This document shows, piece by piece, positions 29,247-38,934 of a DNA stretch of 64,000 nt (position 1 is the first letter of the stretch; the number at the start of each line of letters is the position of its first letter). This DNA is from an uncultured Myxococcales bacterium (lineage in GTDB: Bacteria; Desulfobacterota; Binatia; UBA1149; SPBQ01): the NCBI GenBank assembly GCA_964555245.1, contig CAZKRI010000051.1:57755-121754 (forward strand), read 5' to 3'. Made by a program: the position numbers and the translations under genes. The notes under the pieces were generated by a model, which saw only the letters and a list, made by a program, of their open reading frames with translations, did no database searches and was not told the DNA's origin.

Positions 29247-30764
29247 TCACGGCTCCCGGGCGGCGACGGGACCGATCGGGACGCCCATCAACTGGCGCAG
29301 CTCGGCGGCCCGGTTGTGTGCCTGATAGAGGGCGGTAGCGGCGGTCGCGCGCTCTCGCGCGAGGATGGTCACCGCGGTCAGCACGTCGTCGCTCGCGGCC
29401 CTACCGGCGTCGAATTGTTGCTCGCGGATGCGCAGGTTCTCTGCTGCCTGCTCGACCGCCTCCTTCGCCGTGGCGAACGCGAGCAGGCGTTCGTGGACCG
29501 CCAGGGCGGTGAAGCGCACGGCCGCCTCGAGCGAGCGCATCTCTCGCTCCGTGGCAATCCGGTTCTGCTCGGCGGCGGCCCGCGCAGCGGCGATGTCGGA
29601 CTCGCGGCGCCAGTCGGTGCCAAGATCCCACGTGAAGCCCACGAACGCCGAGCCCACGTCCTGCGGCTGCACGACGTCGGAGCTGGTCCAGTCGATGGCG
29701 GTTCCACCGGCAAACCGTGGCAGCCGGCTGCGCTCGAGCGCGGTCAGAGTCTCATCGAGGCGCTGCTGTTCTTCGACGAGCCACGCGACGAGCGGATTGC
29801 GCTTCCAGGTCGCGTCCAGCGCTGCGTCGACCGGCGGCACGGCCGGCGCCTCGACGACGTCGACGACTCCGGTCGGCGCATTCACCGGTAGTCCGACTGC
29901 TTGGTTCAGGGCCCAGCGCGCCCGCGCCAGTAGCAACTCTTCTTGCACAAGCCGCTGTTCGGCGTTGCGTAGCGAGACTTGCACGACCAGGAGGTCGTTC
30001 TTGGTGGTGCGCCCTCGCGCGTAGCGCGCCTCGGCGCTGGCGAGCTGACGGCGCTGAGCCGTGATCGTCTGCTCGGTCACCTCGCGCAGGCGCTGGGCTT
30101 CGAGCATGTCGAGGTAGGCTCTGACCACCGCCGCCTGCTCGGCCAGGACGGTTGCCCAGCGGCGTGCGCGCTCTCCACGGTAGCCGGCCTGGGCGCCGGC
30201 GAGCGCGTGCCGAAGCTCGCCGAACAGATCGATCGGCACCGTTACCAGACCTCCTATCGTTCCCGCTTTGTCCTCGCGGATGTCGACAACCGGATTCGGC
30301 CCGCCGCCCGGCACCCCACCCGGCAGGACCACCTCGTTGGTGAGCGGGTCCGTGTACCAAGTGTACCGGCCTGATGCGGTCGTTGACGGGAGCAGACGGC
30401 CGCGCGCGCTCCAGACCTGCTCGCGAGCCCGATCGACCTGCTGGTCGCTCTCGGCGATGCGACGATTCCCGGTCGAGGCCAGCGCGAGCGCATCCGTCAG
30501 AGTGAGCGGTTGCCCCGGATGCCCGCTAGACGTGTCCGAGGAACCGGCGGGTTCGTCTCCACGCCGATAGACGACGCCGGCGGCCTGGGCGCGCTCGGCA
30601 AGCGCACGCGCGCGTTGCGTCGGGGTCCACCCACCGTCGCCTTCCGGACGCGTGAGCTGCGCGCCGATGGCGCACGCCGCGCTCTGCGTCGCCAAGGCGA
30701 GACAAAAGGCTACACGGACAACCCGTCGCCGATGCAGAGTCGCGTCGCTTGGCTCGCGCCGCAT
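29247..30764 (-). CDS. TolC family outer-membrane efflux protein
   Basis: Lipoprotein-like signal (SAAC), amphipathic helices, FDAGRA motif; first gene of the HlyD/ABC operon. Confidence 0.85.
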   Translation of the reverse strand: MRREPSDATLHRRRVVRVAFCLALATQSAACAIGAQLTRPEGDGGWTPTQRARALAERAQAAGVVYRRGDEPAGSSDTSSGHPGQPLTLTDALALASTGNRRIAESDQQVDRAREQVWSARGRLLPSTTASGRYTWYTDPLTNEVVLPGGVPGGGPNPVVDIREDKAGTIGGLVTVPIDLFGELRHALAGAQAGYRGERARRWATVLAEQAAVVRAYLDMLEAQRLREVTEQTITAQRRQLASAEARYARGRTTKNDLLVVQVSLRNAEQRLVQEELLLARARWALNQAVGLPVNAPTGVVDVVEAPAVPPVDAALDATWKRNPLVAWLVEEQQRLDETLTALERSRLPRFAGGTAIDWTSSDVVQPQDVGSAFVGFTWDLGTDWRRESDIAAARAAAEQNRIATEREMRSLEAAVRFTALAVHERLLAFATAKEAVEQAAENLRIREQQFDAGRAASDDVLTAVTILARERATAATALYQAHNRAAELRQLMGVPIGPVAAREP

Positions 30765-31090
30765 GAACATCTCGTCCAAACCTGGCGGCACGCCCGGGCT
30801 CAGACCGCGACCAGCGCGAACGAACCGGCGCGCGATCCGTGTTGTCTGCGAATGCGGTAGCCAGCTCGACGCTGCGGCTGGGCTGGCCACACCTCTCTGG
30901 GCATCGATGATCGTTCAGGGTGATCCTCGCCTACTGCAAGGCGTGTTGCTCGGCGCAGCCCCATCCGGGGGAGCGCGAACCCCGATGTGAGTTCGTTCCG
31001 GCGGGTCGATCACGTTGCGTGCCGCTCGCGTGTGCGGCCGGCGCCAAGGCGCACACGCCTCGCCTGCGGGGTTCCGCTCGCTCGGCAGCC

Positions 31091-31345
31091 TCAGGCCGGC
31101 ACCGGGTTGAGCAGGCGCCACAGACGGAAGTAGACACGACCGAACCAGCCGGCCTCGGGCGCGAAGTCGTGCGAGACCGTGCGCTTGGGCGTAATGGTGA
31201 TCACCCGAACCGCCGCCTCGCCACGTCCCGCCGCCGTTTCCCCGCGCACGTACTGATCGCCGGCGTAGCGATACGGCGGCACCTCGCTCTGAATCGTCAG
31301 GCACACGGGCGCGCGTCCCAACTTCGCGGTGTGTTCGTCCATCAT
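31091..31345 (-). pseudogene. Small ORF, probable remnant of a PPOX-class/pyridoxamine-phosphate-oxidase-like gene
   Basis: CLTIQSEVPPYRY and VITITPKRTVSHDF resemble that family; high GC3; N-terminus and middle appear missing. Confidence 0.4.
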
Positions 31346-31375
31346 CGGGTGTGCCTCGTCACGGGAGCGGCGGCC

Positions 31376-31633
31376 TCAGCCCCCGCTCAACGCTTGCAGG
31401 ATCTGGACGCGATCGGCGGGGGCCACCGGCGCGTCCAGCCGCCAGACCTGTTCGCCGTTGAGAAAGATGCGCACGTGTGGGCGGACTTTTCCCTGCTCGT
31501 CGATCATGCGAAAGCGAATCCCCGGGTAGCGCCGATCGAGGTCCTGCAGCAGCTCATCGATCGTCGAGCCCTGCGCTTCGACGCTGCGTGTGCCGGTGTA
31601 AGAAAGCAGCGGCGTTGGCAGCTCGACCGTCAT
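31376..31633 (-). CDS. MoaD/ThiS family ubiquitin-like protein
   Basis: 85 aa beta-grasp pattern ending in LSGG; ATGA overlap with the upstream gene. Confidence 0.9.
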   Translation of the reverse strand: MTVELPTPLLSYTGTRSVEAQGSTIDELLQDLDRRYPGIRFRMIDEQGKVRPHVRIFLNGEQVWRLDAPVAPADRVQILQALSGG

Positions 31634-32784
31634 CGGGCGAGCTCGGCGGCTTCGACCGCCAAGACGTGCGGGAGATGGCGCGCGATGCAGCTCCAGGTGC
31701 GGCCCTCGTTGCGGCTGGCCCAAACCTCGCCGTTGGTCGTCCCGAAGTAGAGCCCGAGCGGATCGCGTGCATCCGCTGTCATCGCTTGGCGTTTGACCGT
31801 CAGGTAGGCGTGCTTGCGCGGCAGGCCCGCATCCAGCCGCTTCCAGCGCTTGCCGGCATCGCGCGTAACGTAGACCGCCGGCTTGCCCTCGGGGCTGGTG
31901 CGAGGCCAGACGGTGGTGCCGTCCATCGGAAAGACCCAGGCCGTCTTGGGATCGCGCGGGTGTAGGACGATGGGAAAGCCGATGTCGCCGGTTTTCTTCG
32001 GCATGTTATCGCCGATGCGTACCCACGTGCCTTGCGCGCGCTCCATCCGGTAGATACCGCAATGGCTCTGCTGATAGAGCACATCGGGCGCCAGCGGGTG
32101 AAGCCGCAGACAGTGCGGGTCCTGGCCGAACTCGGGGTACGGCTCCGGGAGAAAATCCGCGAGGCAACCCGCGTTGAGCGGCCGCCAGTCGGCGCCCGTG
32201 TCTATGCTCTCGAAGACCCCGCCACCCGACATCGCGATGTAGATGTGGGCAGGGTCTCGCGGATCGATCTGGATGGAGTGGACAATCGGACCGTCCGGCG
32301 TGCCGTCCTGCCCGCTGCCGCGCCAGCGGTCCCAGTGAGGATGGTCGTTGAATCCGGCAACGCCATCCCAGGTCTGGCCGGCGTCCTCCGAACGGAACAA
32401 AGACTGCGGTGAGGCCCCCGCGTACCAGACGCCGGGCTCGCTCGCGTGGCCGGGGACCAGGGCGAAGACGTGCTGGACGACGCGGCCGGTTTCACCCTCG
32501 CCCGCCTTGGGAAACGCGGGAGGCCGCGTTGCCTCGGACCAGGTGCGCCCGAAATCGAGGGAGCGCAGGACGGTCGGCCCCAGGTGCCCGGTACGCGTCG
32601 CCATCAGCATCGTCTTGCGGTCGCGGGGATCGAGCACGATGTGGTTTACGATGCTGCCGAGTTGAAGCGGCACCGCGAGCTTCCACGCTCGCCGAGCCAT
32701 GTCCGAACGCAGGATGAACGCGCCCTTGCGTGTCGCGATCAGAAGCGCCGGGATCGGCACGGGCGCACCATAGCCTACGGCCAC
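31630..32784 (-). CDS. BNR/Asp-box repeat beta-propeller (WD40/YVTN/BNR-like)
   Basis: Repeated S/T-x-D-x-G-x-T/S-W boxes (SLDFGRTW, SEDAGQTW, SIDTGADW, TRDAGKRW, SRNEGRTW); no signal peptide. Confidence 0.88.
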   Translation of the reverse strand: MAVGYGAPVPIPALLIATRKGAFILRSDMARRAWKLAVPLQLGSIVNHIVLDPRDRKTMLMATRTGHLGPTVLRSLDFGRTWSEATRPPAFPKAGEGETGRVVQHVFALVPGHASEPGVWYAGASPQSLFRSEDAGQTWDGVAGFNDHPHWDRWRGSGQDGTPDGPIVHSIQIDPRDPAHIYIAMSGGGVFESIDTGADWRPLNAGCLADFLPEPYPEFGQDPHCLRLHPLAPDVLYQQSHCGIYRMERAQGTWVRIGDNMPKKTGDIGFPIVLHPRDPKTAWVFPMDGTTVWPRTSPEGKPAVYVTRDAGKRWKRLDAGLPRKHAYLTVKRQAMTADARDPLGLYFGTTNGEVWASRNEGRTWSCIARHLPHVLAVEAAELAR

Positions 32785-32899
32785 AACCTGAGTGAACCGT
32801 AAGTGCCGGTCGGTTCGGGATGATCGTCTGGCATGCTACCGTGCCGCGTGCAGCACCTACTTCCTCGACACACCTGCACGTAAATGACCCCGGGGAGGC

Positions 32900-33640
32900 T
32901 CAGTCATCCGCGTATCGCTGGCGCAGATGAACGGGTCTGGCCGTCGCGCGCGCGCGTAAGTTGAGCGTCTCGACGAAGACCGAGAACCCCATCGCGAAGT
33001 AGATGTAGCCTTTCGGTATGTGGTGCTCGAATGCTTCGGCAATGAGGGAGACGCCGATGAGGAGCAGGAAGCTCAGCGCGAGCATCTTCACGGTCGGGTG
33101 ACGCTCCACGAAGCCGCTGACCCGGCCAGCGAATGCCATCATGAAGCCGACCGCGATCAGAACGGCGAACACCATGATCAGGATCTGGTCGACCATGCCG
33201 ATCGCCGTGATCACCGAATCGAGAGAAAAGACCAGATCGAGCACCATGATCTGCGCGATCACGCTGCCGAAGGTCAGCGCCTGCCGCTCGGAAGCGTGGC
33301 CTTCTTCACCCTCGAGCTTGTCGTGGATCTCGTAGGTGGCCTTGGCCAGCAGGAACAGTCCCCCACTGGCCAGGATGAGATCGCGACCGGAAATTCCATG
33401 AGAAAACAACGCGAAGAGGTCGTCCTCCAGCCGGATGACCACGCTGATGGAAAACAGCAGTGCGATCCGCGAGACCATGGCCGCCGCCAAACCCCAGAAG
33501 CGAGCGCTGGCCTGCTGAGCGGGCGGCAGTTTTCCGGCCAGGATCGAGATGAAGACGATGTTATCGATGCCCAGGACGATCTCGAGGCTGGTCAGCGTGA
33601 CCAGAGCGATCCACGCGTTGGGGTCGGTCAACCATTCCAT
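32900..33640 (-). CDS. TerC family membrane protein
   Basis: LEIVLGIDNIVFI, DLVFSLDSVITA and HIPKGYIYFAM motifs. Confidence 0.92.
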   Translation of the reverse strand: MEWLTDPNAWIALVTLTSLEIVLGIDNIVFISILAGKLPPAQQASARFWGLAAAMVSRIALLFSISVVIRLEDDLFALFSHGISGRDLILASGGLFLLAKATYEIHDKLEGEEGHASERQALTFGSVIAQIMVLDLVFSLDSVITAIGMVDQILIMVFAVLIAVGFMMAFAGRVSGFVERHPTVKMLALSFLLLIGVSLIAEAFEHHIPKGYIYFAMGFSVFVETLNLRARATARPVHLRQRYADD

Positions 33641-33659
33641 GGCGCTCTCCTAGGGCGGA

Positions 33660-33712
33660 AATGGGGTCAGGTCCAATTTTCCGCAGAGCGGAAAATTGGA
33701 CCTGACCCCATT
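33660..33712. repeat. REP-like doublet: perfect 25-bp inverted repeat with 3-nt loop
   Basis: AATGGGGTCAGGTCCAATTTTCCGC-AGA-GCGGAAAATTGGACCTGACCCCATT; a near-identical half copy sits at 62527-62550. Confidence 0.8.
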
Positions 33713-33813
33713 CATTGCGGCACCCGCCTGGAGAAATCCAGGCGGGTGCCGGTTGGGCAGGAGAAGGCGGTCCGCAGAAGGGGACCGAATCCGCGAACCG
33801 CTCCTCCGTCCGC

Positions 33814-35367
33814 CTAGGACGATGTCGCTTGGGCCGGCTTGTAGGCCGCCGAAGCATACTCGGCAGCCGCGGCATGCGCGCCAGCCGGCAGCGAGCCGCC
33901 AGAGAAGCTCGCGTGGACCGCGAAGTCGGGGTAGGCGAGGTTGCCGTGCTCGCCGATGTCGAGCCCTTCGATCTCCTCTTCTTCGCTTACGCGGACGCCC
34001 ATGATGGCCTTGATTGCCAGCCAGAAGACCATCGACGCAGCGAAGCCGTAGACACCCACCGCGACGATGCCCTTGAGCTGAACGAGCGTCTGCTCGAAGC
34101 GCGAGAGACCGGTTGCCAGTGCGGCGACGTTGGTCGCGACCTCGTTATCGTAGAACAGACCCAGCGCCAGGGTTCCCCAGACGCCGTTGACCAGATGCAC
34201 CGACAGGGCCCCGACGGGGTCGTCGACCCGAACTCGATCGAACGCGACGACGGCGAGCACTACCAGGATGCCGCCGATCGCGCCGATCAGCGCTCCAGCG
34301 CCGATCGACACGAACGCGCACGGTGCCGTAATTGCGACCAGTCCAGCCAGGCAGCCGTTGAGGATCATGCTGAAATCCGGCTTGCCCAGGAGCAGCCACG
34401 CGGTGACGAGCGCGCTGAGCGAGCCGGCTGCTGCGGCCAGATTGGTAATCACAAGAATGTGCGCGATCGCCGAGCCGTTGCCGGCTGACATCGTCGATCC
34501 GGGATTGAACCCGAACCAGCCGAGCCACAGGATCAGGACCCCCAACGCCGCCGAGGTCATGCTGTGGCCAGGAATCGGCACCACCTTGCCGGACTTCGAG
34601 TACTTACCCAGGCGCGGGCCGAGCACGACCACACCGGCCAGCGCCGCCCAGCCGCCCACCGAGTGGACGACCGACGAGCCGGCGAAGTCCCGGAAGTTGT
34701 TGGAGCCGAGCCATCCGCCGCCCCAGATCCAGTGACCCGTGATCGGGTAGACAAAGGCGACCAGGAGGAAGCTGAACACCAGGAAGGAGCCGAACTTGAT
34801 GCGCTCAGCGACCGCACCCGAGACGATCGTGGCGGCGGTGCCGGCGAACACGAGCTGGAAGAAGAACTTCGCCCACAGCGGCACCGGCGTCCAGTTGATC
34901 GAGCCATAGACGCCTTGGTAGCTCGACGTCGAGAACGGGTTCATGGCTGCGTAGGCTTCCCCCAGCGCGGGCGAATTGTCCGCGCCGGCCGTGAAGAACA
35001 GGCCTTCGAGCCCCACGAATCCGTTGCCGTCACCGAACATCAGGCCCCAGCCGATCACCCAGAACGAGATCGTCGAGGCCGCGAAGACGATGAAGTTCTT
35101 CGCCAGAATGTTCGTTGCGTTTTTCGCCCGGCACAGGCCGCTCTCCACCAGCGCGAAGCCCGCGTTCATCCAGAACACGAGCATCGCCGTGACCAGGACC
35201 CACACGGTGTCGACGGCGATCCGCAGATCGCTGCTGCCCGCCATCAACGCTTCCAGTCCTTGCTCGGGGGCCGCCATGGCAGGCCAGGCGCCAAGCGTCA
35301 GTGCCGCCAGCACGACCGCGGCCCATGCGTAGCGAGCGTCGTTTCTCAGACCGATCGTTTTTTTCAT
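33814..35367 (-). CDS. amt: Ammonium transporter
   Basis: MNAGFALVESG, HWIWGGGWL, DFAGSSVVHSVGG, GWFGFNPGS, DDPVGALSVH and GLDIGEHG motifs. Confidence 0.95.
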   Translation of the reverse strand: MKKTIGLRNDARYAWAAVVLAALTLGAWPAMAAPEQGLEALMAGSSDLRIAVDTVWVLVTAMLVFWMNAGFALVESGLCRAKNATNILAKNFIVFAASTISFWVIGWGLMFGDGNGFVGLEGLFFTAGADNSPALGEAYAAMNPFSTSSYQGVYGSINWTPVPLWAKFFFQLVFAGTAATIVSGAVAERIKFGSFLVFSFLLVAFVYPITGHWIWGGGWLGSNNFRDFAGSSVVHSVGGWAALAGVVVLGPRLGKYSKSGKVVPIPGHSMTSAALGVLILWLGWFGFNPGSTMSAGNGSAIAHILVITNLAAAAGSLSALVTAWLLLGKPDFSMILNGCLAGLVAITAPCAFVSIGAGALIGAIGGILVVLAVVAFDRVRVDDPVGALSVHLVNGVWGTLALGLFYDNEVATNVAALATGLSRFEQTLVQLKGIVAVGVYGFAASMVFWLAIKAIMGVRVSEEEEIEGLDIGEHGNLAYPDFAVHASFSGGSLPAGAHAAAAEYASAAYKPAQATSS

Positions 35368-35431
35368 GTGTCCCACCTCGCTGTCAGTCACAGCATCAGA
35401 AGCACTCCGACTGCACTACGAGCGGGTGATT

Positions 35432-35448
35432 AGCAGGATCGATGCCAA
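35432..35448 (-). promoter_or_regulatory. Sigma54-type promoter upstream of amt
   Basis: Minus strand TTGGCATCGATCCTGCT = GG-N10-GC. Confidence 0.6.
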
Positions 35449-35497
35449 CAGCAGGCACCGAGAAAGCGCGACGCAGCGCGGCCACCAACCTTGCCAC

Positions 35498-35514
35498 TGC
35501 TCAATATCGAGGCA
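35498..35514. promoter_or_regulatory. Possible NtrC-type binding site
   Basis: TGCTC-AATATCG-AGGCA, a 17-bp TGC..GCA site with AT-rich core, ~50 bp upstream of the sigma54 site. Confidence 0.4.
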
Positions 35515-35562
35515 GGTAGCTGACTAATCGATGAACACGGCGAGCAGTGGAAGCTCGTCGGC

Positions 35563-36669
35563 TTACCCGAGCTCTCTGGCGCTGATCGCGTACTTGAAGT
35601 TATCCGGGTCGAGGCAGTCACGCCGGCCCTGGGCGGTCTCCGCCTGCGGATACATCAGGAAGCCAATCCTGCCGCCTTGGGTCGCTTCGGGGAGAGCCAC
35701 GTCGTGCGCCATGTTGTAGGCGAGCCAGTTGCCTTCCCAGCCGCCAAAGAGCGCCGGCCGAACCGCTGCGACGAGCGGGTGATCGAGGGCAACCCGCTCG
35801 CCAGCTTCCTCGCGCGCCACTTTCCCCACGTCGGCCGGGTCCATCGCCATCCAGCCGTAGTCCGCCAGAAAGACCTCGGCCCGGCAGTGCTGGGATCTGG
35901 TGATGTCGGTCGTGCCGGCGCCGAGCGTCTTGTAGCCGAACGCCGAGGGCGCCGTGCGGATCCCGTAGACGTCACGCGCGGGAACACCGGCTGCGCGCAC
36001 CAGCCCCACGAACAAGGCATTGATGTCCGCACACTTGCCGCCGAGATTCTGCGTCTCGAGCATCGCCTGAATGTCGCCCACACCGCAGCCGCGGACCTTG
36101 GGCTCCCGGTACGTGTTGGCCAGAATCCAGTCGTAGACCACTCGGACTTTCTCGAAGTCGGTCCGTGCGTTGCGAGTGATCCGCTGCGCCGTCTCCCCGA
36201 CGATGCCGTCCGTGGGCATGAGGTCGGTCGCTGCGGTCCAGCGCTGGGCTTCCGCCGGTGAGAGCATGGCCGGCTGCGGCTTCGACCAGTCGAGCGCACG
36301 GTCCTGGGTCTGAATCCGGCTCTTGACGGTAACGGCCGGCGCCTTCTCGGTCTGGTCGAACTCGGCGTAGAGCATGCCCGCGCCGTACCTGGAGTCGGTG
36401 CGCCGCTCGAGCACCTTTGCGTTGCCCGACCACTCGTCCGCGAGTGCCTTCTGGTAGTTCACGGCAGTCATGGGGAGCGGGATCCAGACGCGCGCCACGC
36501 CGGTGGGTCGAAGCACCTCTACGCGCGTCGTGACCTCATAGGTGCGCCACGTCCCGGGCGTGGGCTCGAAGTCCCGCTGCTGGGCCCGCGCGCGGCACGG
36601 GTGGAGCTGAGCGAGCAGCGACGCGGCGGGAAGCGCCGACGTCAGTCTGAGAAATGCGCGCCGTTTCAT
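35563..36669 (-). CDS. Tat-exported transglutaminase-like protein
   Basis: MKRRAFL twin-Arg signal; GGKCAD, QHCRAE and WMAMDPAD triad motifs. Confidence 0.88.
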   Translation of the reverse strand: MKRRAFLRLTSALPAASLLAQLHPCRARAQQRDFEPTPGTWRTYEVTTRVEVLRPTGVARVWIPLPMTAVNYQKALADEWSGNAKVLERRTDSRYGAGMLYAEFDQTEKAPAVTVKSRIQTQDRALDWSKPQPAMLSPAEAQRWTAATDLMPTDGIVGETAQRITRNARTDFEKVRVVYDWILANTYREPKVRGCGVGDIQAMLETQNLGGKCADINALFVGLVRAAGVPARDVYGIRTAPSAFGYKTLGAGTTDITRSQHCRAEVFLADYGWMAMDPADVGKVAREEAGERVALDHPLVAAVRPALFGGWEGNWLAYNMAHDVALPEATQGGRIGFLMYPQAETAQGRRDCLDPDNFKYAISARELG

Positions 36670-36913
36670 CCGTATCCTCATCCTCCTGTAAGTCCGTCGT
36701 CCGAGGGATCGGTTGCCGAGCGTCTCTACCTGTTTTCACGAACGGAAAAAAGATCGGGACGCTATCGACCCTGCGGCGCCTCCCCCACTACGTGTAGTCC
36801 GGGTCGGGCCCCAGCACCGTCGCCGTGCGGCCGTGGGCGTCCGCGGAGAGTCTGGGATCACGTCCAAAGAGTTTCGTGAAGTATGAATCCGGTGGGCGGA
36901 TGATCACCGTGTG

Positions 36914-37150
36914 CTAGACGCGCGGTGGCGGTGGAACCGTCGGTCGCAGCTGCGCCGGAACGTGCTGGAAAGCGTGCTGGCAGTCGACTAGCGTGCGCTC
37001 GTACGTCGCCCAGATCTCATCGAGACGCGCGGTGGTGCCGACCGCGGAGTCTTCGCGCTCCGAATTCTCCAAGTAGTCGGCCAGCGCTCGACTCACGTTC
37101 TGCAGTCGATCGAGCGCGAGACGGTACTCAGCAATCGACGAGTCCACCAC
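36914..37150 (-). CDS. Hypothetical small helical protein
   Basis: GAGGA RBS + GTG; 78 aa. Confidence 0.45.
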   Translation of the reverse strand: MVDSSIAEYRLALDRLQNVSRALADYLENSEREDSAVGTTARLDEIWATYERTLVDCQHAFQHVPAQLRPTVPPPPRV

Positions 37151-37593
37151 CGGAATGTCCTCCCCCGGGAAGCGACGGGGTGAGCATAGAATCGCGCGCC
37201 CCACGCCGTCAACAGAAATCGCCCGTATGCACGTCCGTGTCGCGGTGCGGCAATCGTGCGTTCGTGCGAGCTCGGACAAAAGCCCTAGGGCGCCCGTCTC
37301 TGTCGGTTGGCAAGGGCCTGGTCCCGTAGTCGCATTGACCTGCCATCTTCGATGTTTCATCACGTCCTCAGTTCCGAGTCGGCGGAGTCAGAGATCATGG
37401 CTCGCAACACCGTCCCGGGAACGATCTTCGTCGGTGCCTTCCCCGTTATCGACGTGGATCTCGACCTGTTAATTCGCAACGTCGTCATTGGCGTCACGAT
37501 GGCGGCGCAGTAGCCGCCGGCCGGCTGCCCATCGCCGGTGCGGTGGCGTCAGCCGGCATTTTCACCGATAAGACCGGGGCCCGTGATCGCCCG

Positions 37594-38928
37594 ATGACCA
37601 AGTCCACGATCGACTGGGCCGCGATTCAAGAAGAAGCCGCAGCGCTGCTGCGCGAGTATCTGCGGATCGACACCACCAACCCGCCGGGAGGCGAGGAGGC
37701 GGGCGCGATCTTTCTACGTGATGCGCTGGCGCGCGAGGGGATCGCCTCCCAACTGTACGATGCAGGAGACGCGCGGGTGTCGCTGGCGGCACGTTGGCCG
37801 GCCAGTGACGGCGTCCGCGGCAAGCCCATCGTCTTGCTCTCCCACATCGACGTCGTCCCGGTCGAGCCCGAGCACTGGGAGGTTGAGCCCTTTGCCGGCG
37901 TGGAGCGCGACGGCGTCGTCTGGGGCCGCGGTGCGCTCGACATGAAGGGCATGGGGATCATGGAGCTGCTGGTGCTCGCTCTGGCCAAGCGCCACGGCGT
38001 GCGCACCCATCGCGATCTGGTGCTTCTGGCGGTCGCCGACGAGGAAGAGGGTGGGCGTAAGGGCATCCATCACGTCGCGCGCACTGCACCCGAGTTGCTG
38101 AATGCATCGGTGGTGGTCAACGAGGGAGCCTACGGGTTCTCCGAGTTCATGGGACGCCAGGTCACGATGTTCGGCCTGGCGCCGAGCGAGAAGAGCCCCT
38201 GTTGGCTGCGGCTGCGCACCCGCGGCCAGCCCGGGCATGGCTCGGTCCCGCACGGTAAGAACGCCGCCGCGCGACTGGTCCGTGCCCTGGGTCGCATCGA
38301 GGCTCGCGAGCAACGCGCGCGCGTGACGCCGACAGTCGAGGCGATGTTCCGGACTTTGCGCGCCAAGGAGTTGATACCCGCGGACCTGGACCTGATGGAT
38401 CCGGCAACCCTGGAAGCGGTCGCGGCAGTGGACGCACACGTCGGCGCGATCACGCGGGATACCATCAGCCTCACCGGTCTGTGCTCGGGCTCCAAGCACA
38501 ACGTGATTCCGGCCGGTGCTGAAGCGACCTTGGATTGCCGGATCCTTCCCGACACCGATGCCGAGGCGTTCGTCGCTGGCTTGCGCGCGGTGATCGATGA
38601 CCCCGAGGTCGAAATCGAGCGGGTCCTCGAGCACGACTCCGGCCACTCCTCGATGGACACACCCTTCGCGAGCGTGGTTGCCGAGGTGGTCGCGGAGCGC
38701 TTCGGGCCGCAAGGCATGGTCGTTCCGATGCTCTCGCCAGGATTCACGGATTCTCATGTGTTTCGGGCGGCGGGCGTGGATGCCTACGGCTTTACCCCGG
38801 CACTCCTGACGCGTGCCGAGCTGGCCACCATCCACGGCCACAACGAACGGATCAGCCGCGCGAACCTCGGCCTGGGCACCGAGATGCTGTTCGAGGTGAC
38901 TACGCGCCTGGCCGCCCGGCCGGGGTGA
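37594..38928 (+). CDS. M20/M25/M40 family metallo-hydrolase
   Basis: SHIDVV, GRGALDMKG, DEEEGG and HGHNER motifs. Confidence 0.92.
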   Translation: MTKSTIDWAAIQEEAAALLREYLRIDTTNPPGGEEAGAIFLRDALAREGIASQLYDAGDARVSLAARWPASDGVRGKPIVLLSHIDVVPVEPEHWEVEPFAGVERDGVVWGRGALDMKGMGIMELLVLALAKRHGVRTHRDLVLLAVADEEEGGRKGIHHVARTAPELLNASVVVNEGAYGFSEFMGRQVTMFGLAPSEKSPCWLRLRTRGQPGHGSVPHGKNAAARLVRALGRIEAREQRARVTPTVEAMFRTLRAKELIPADLDLMDPATLEAVAAVDAHVGAITRDTISLTGLCSGSKHNVIPAGAEATLDCRILPDTDAEAFVAGLRAVIDDPEVEIERVLEHDSGHSSMDTPFASVVAEVVAERFGPQGMVVPMLSPGFTDSHVFRAAGVDAYGFTPALLTRAELATIHGHNERISRANLGLGTEMLFEVTTRLAARPG

Positions 38929-38934
38929 CGAGCG

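Noticed and set aside
33561-33875. 33660-33712 hairpin as a CRISPR repeat or simple terminator
   Set aside because: No spacer array or cas genes; the recurrence at 62527 fits a REP-like element better
37398-37513. 38-aa ORF MARNTVPGTIFVG...
   Set aside because: Too short and no recognisable motif; cannot be distinguished from a chance ORF
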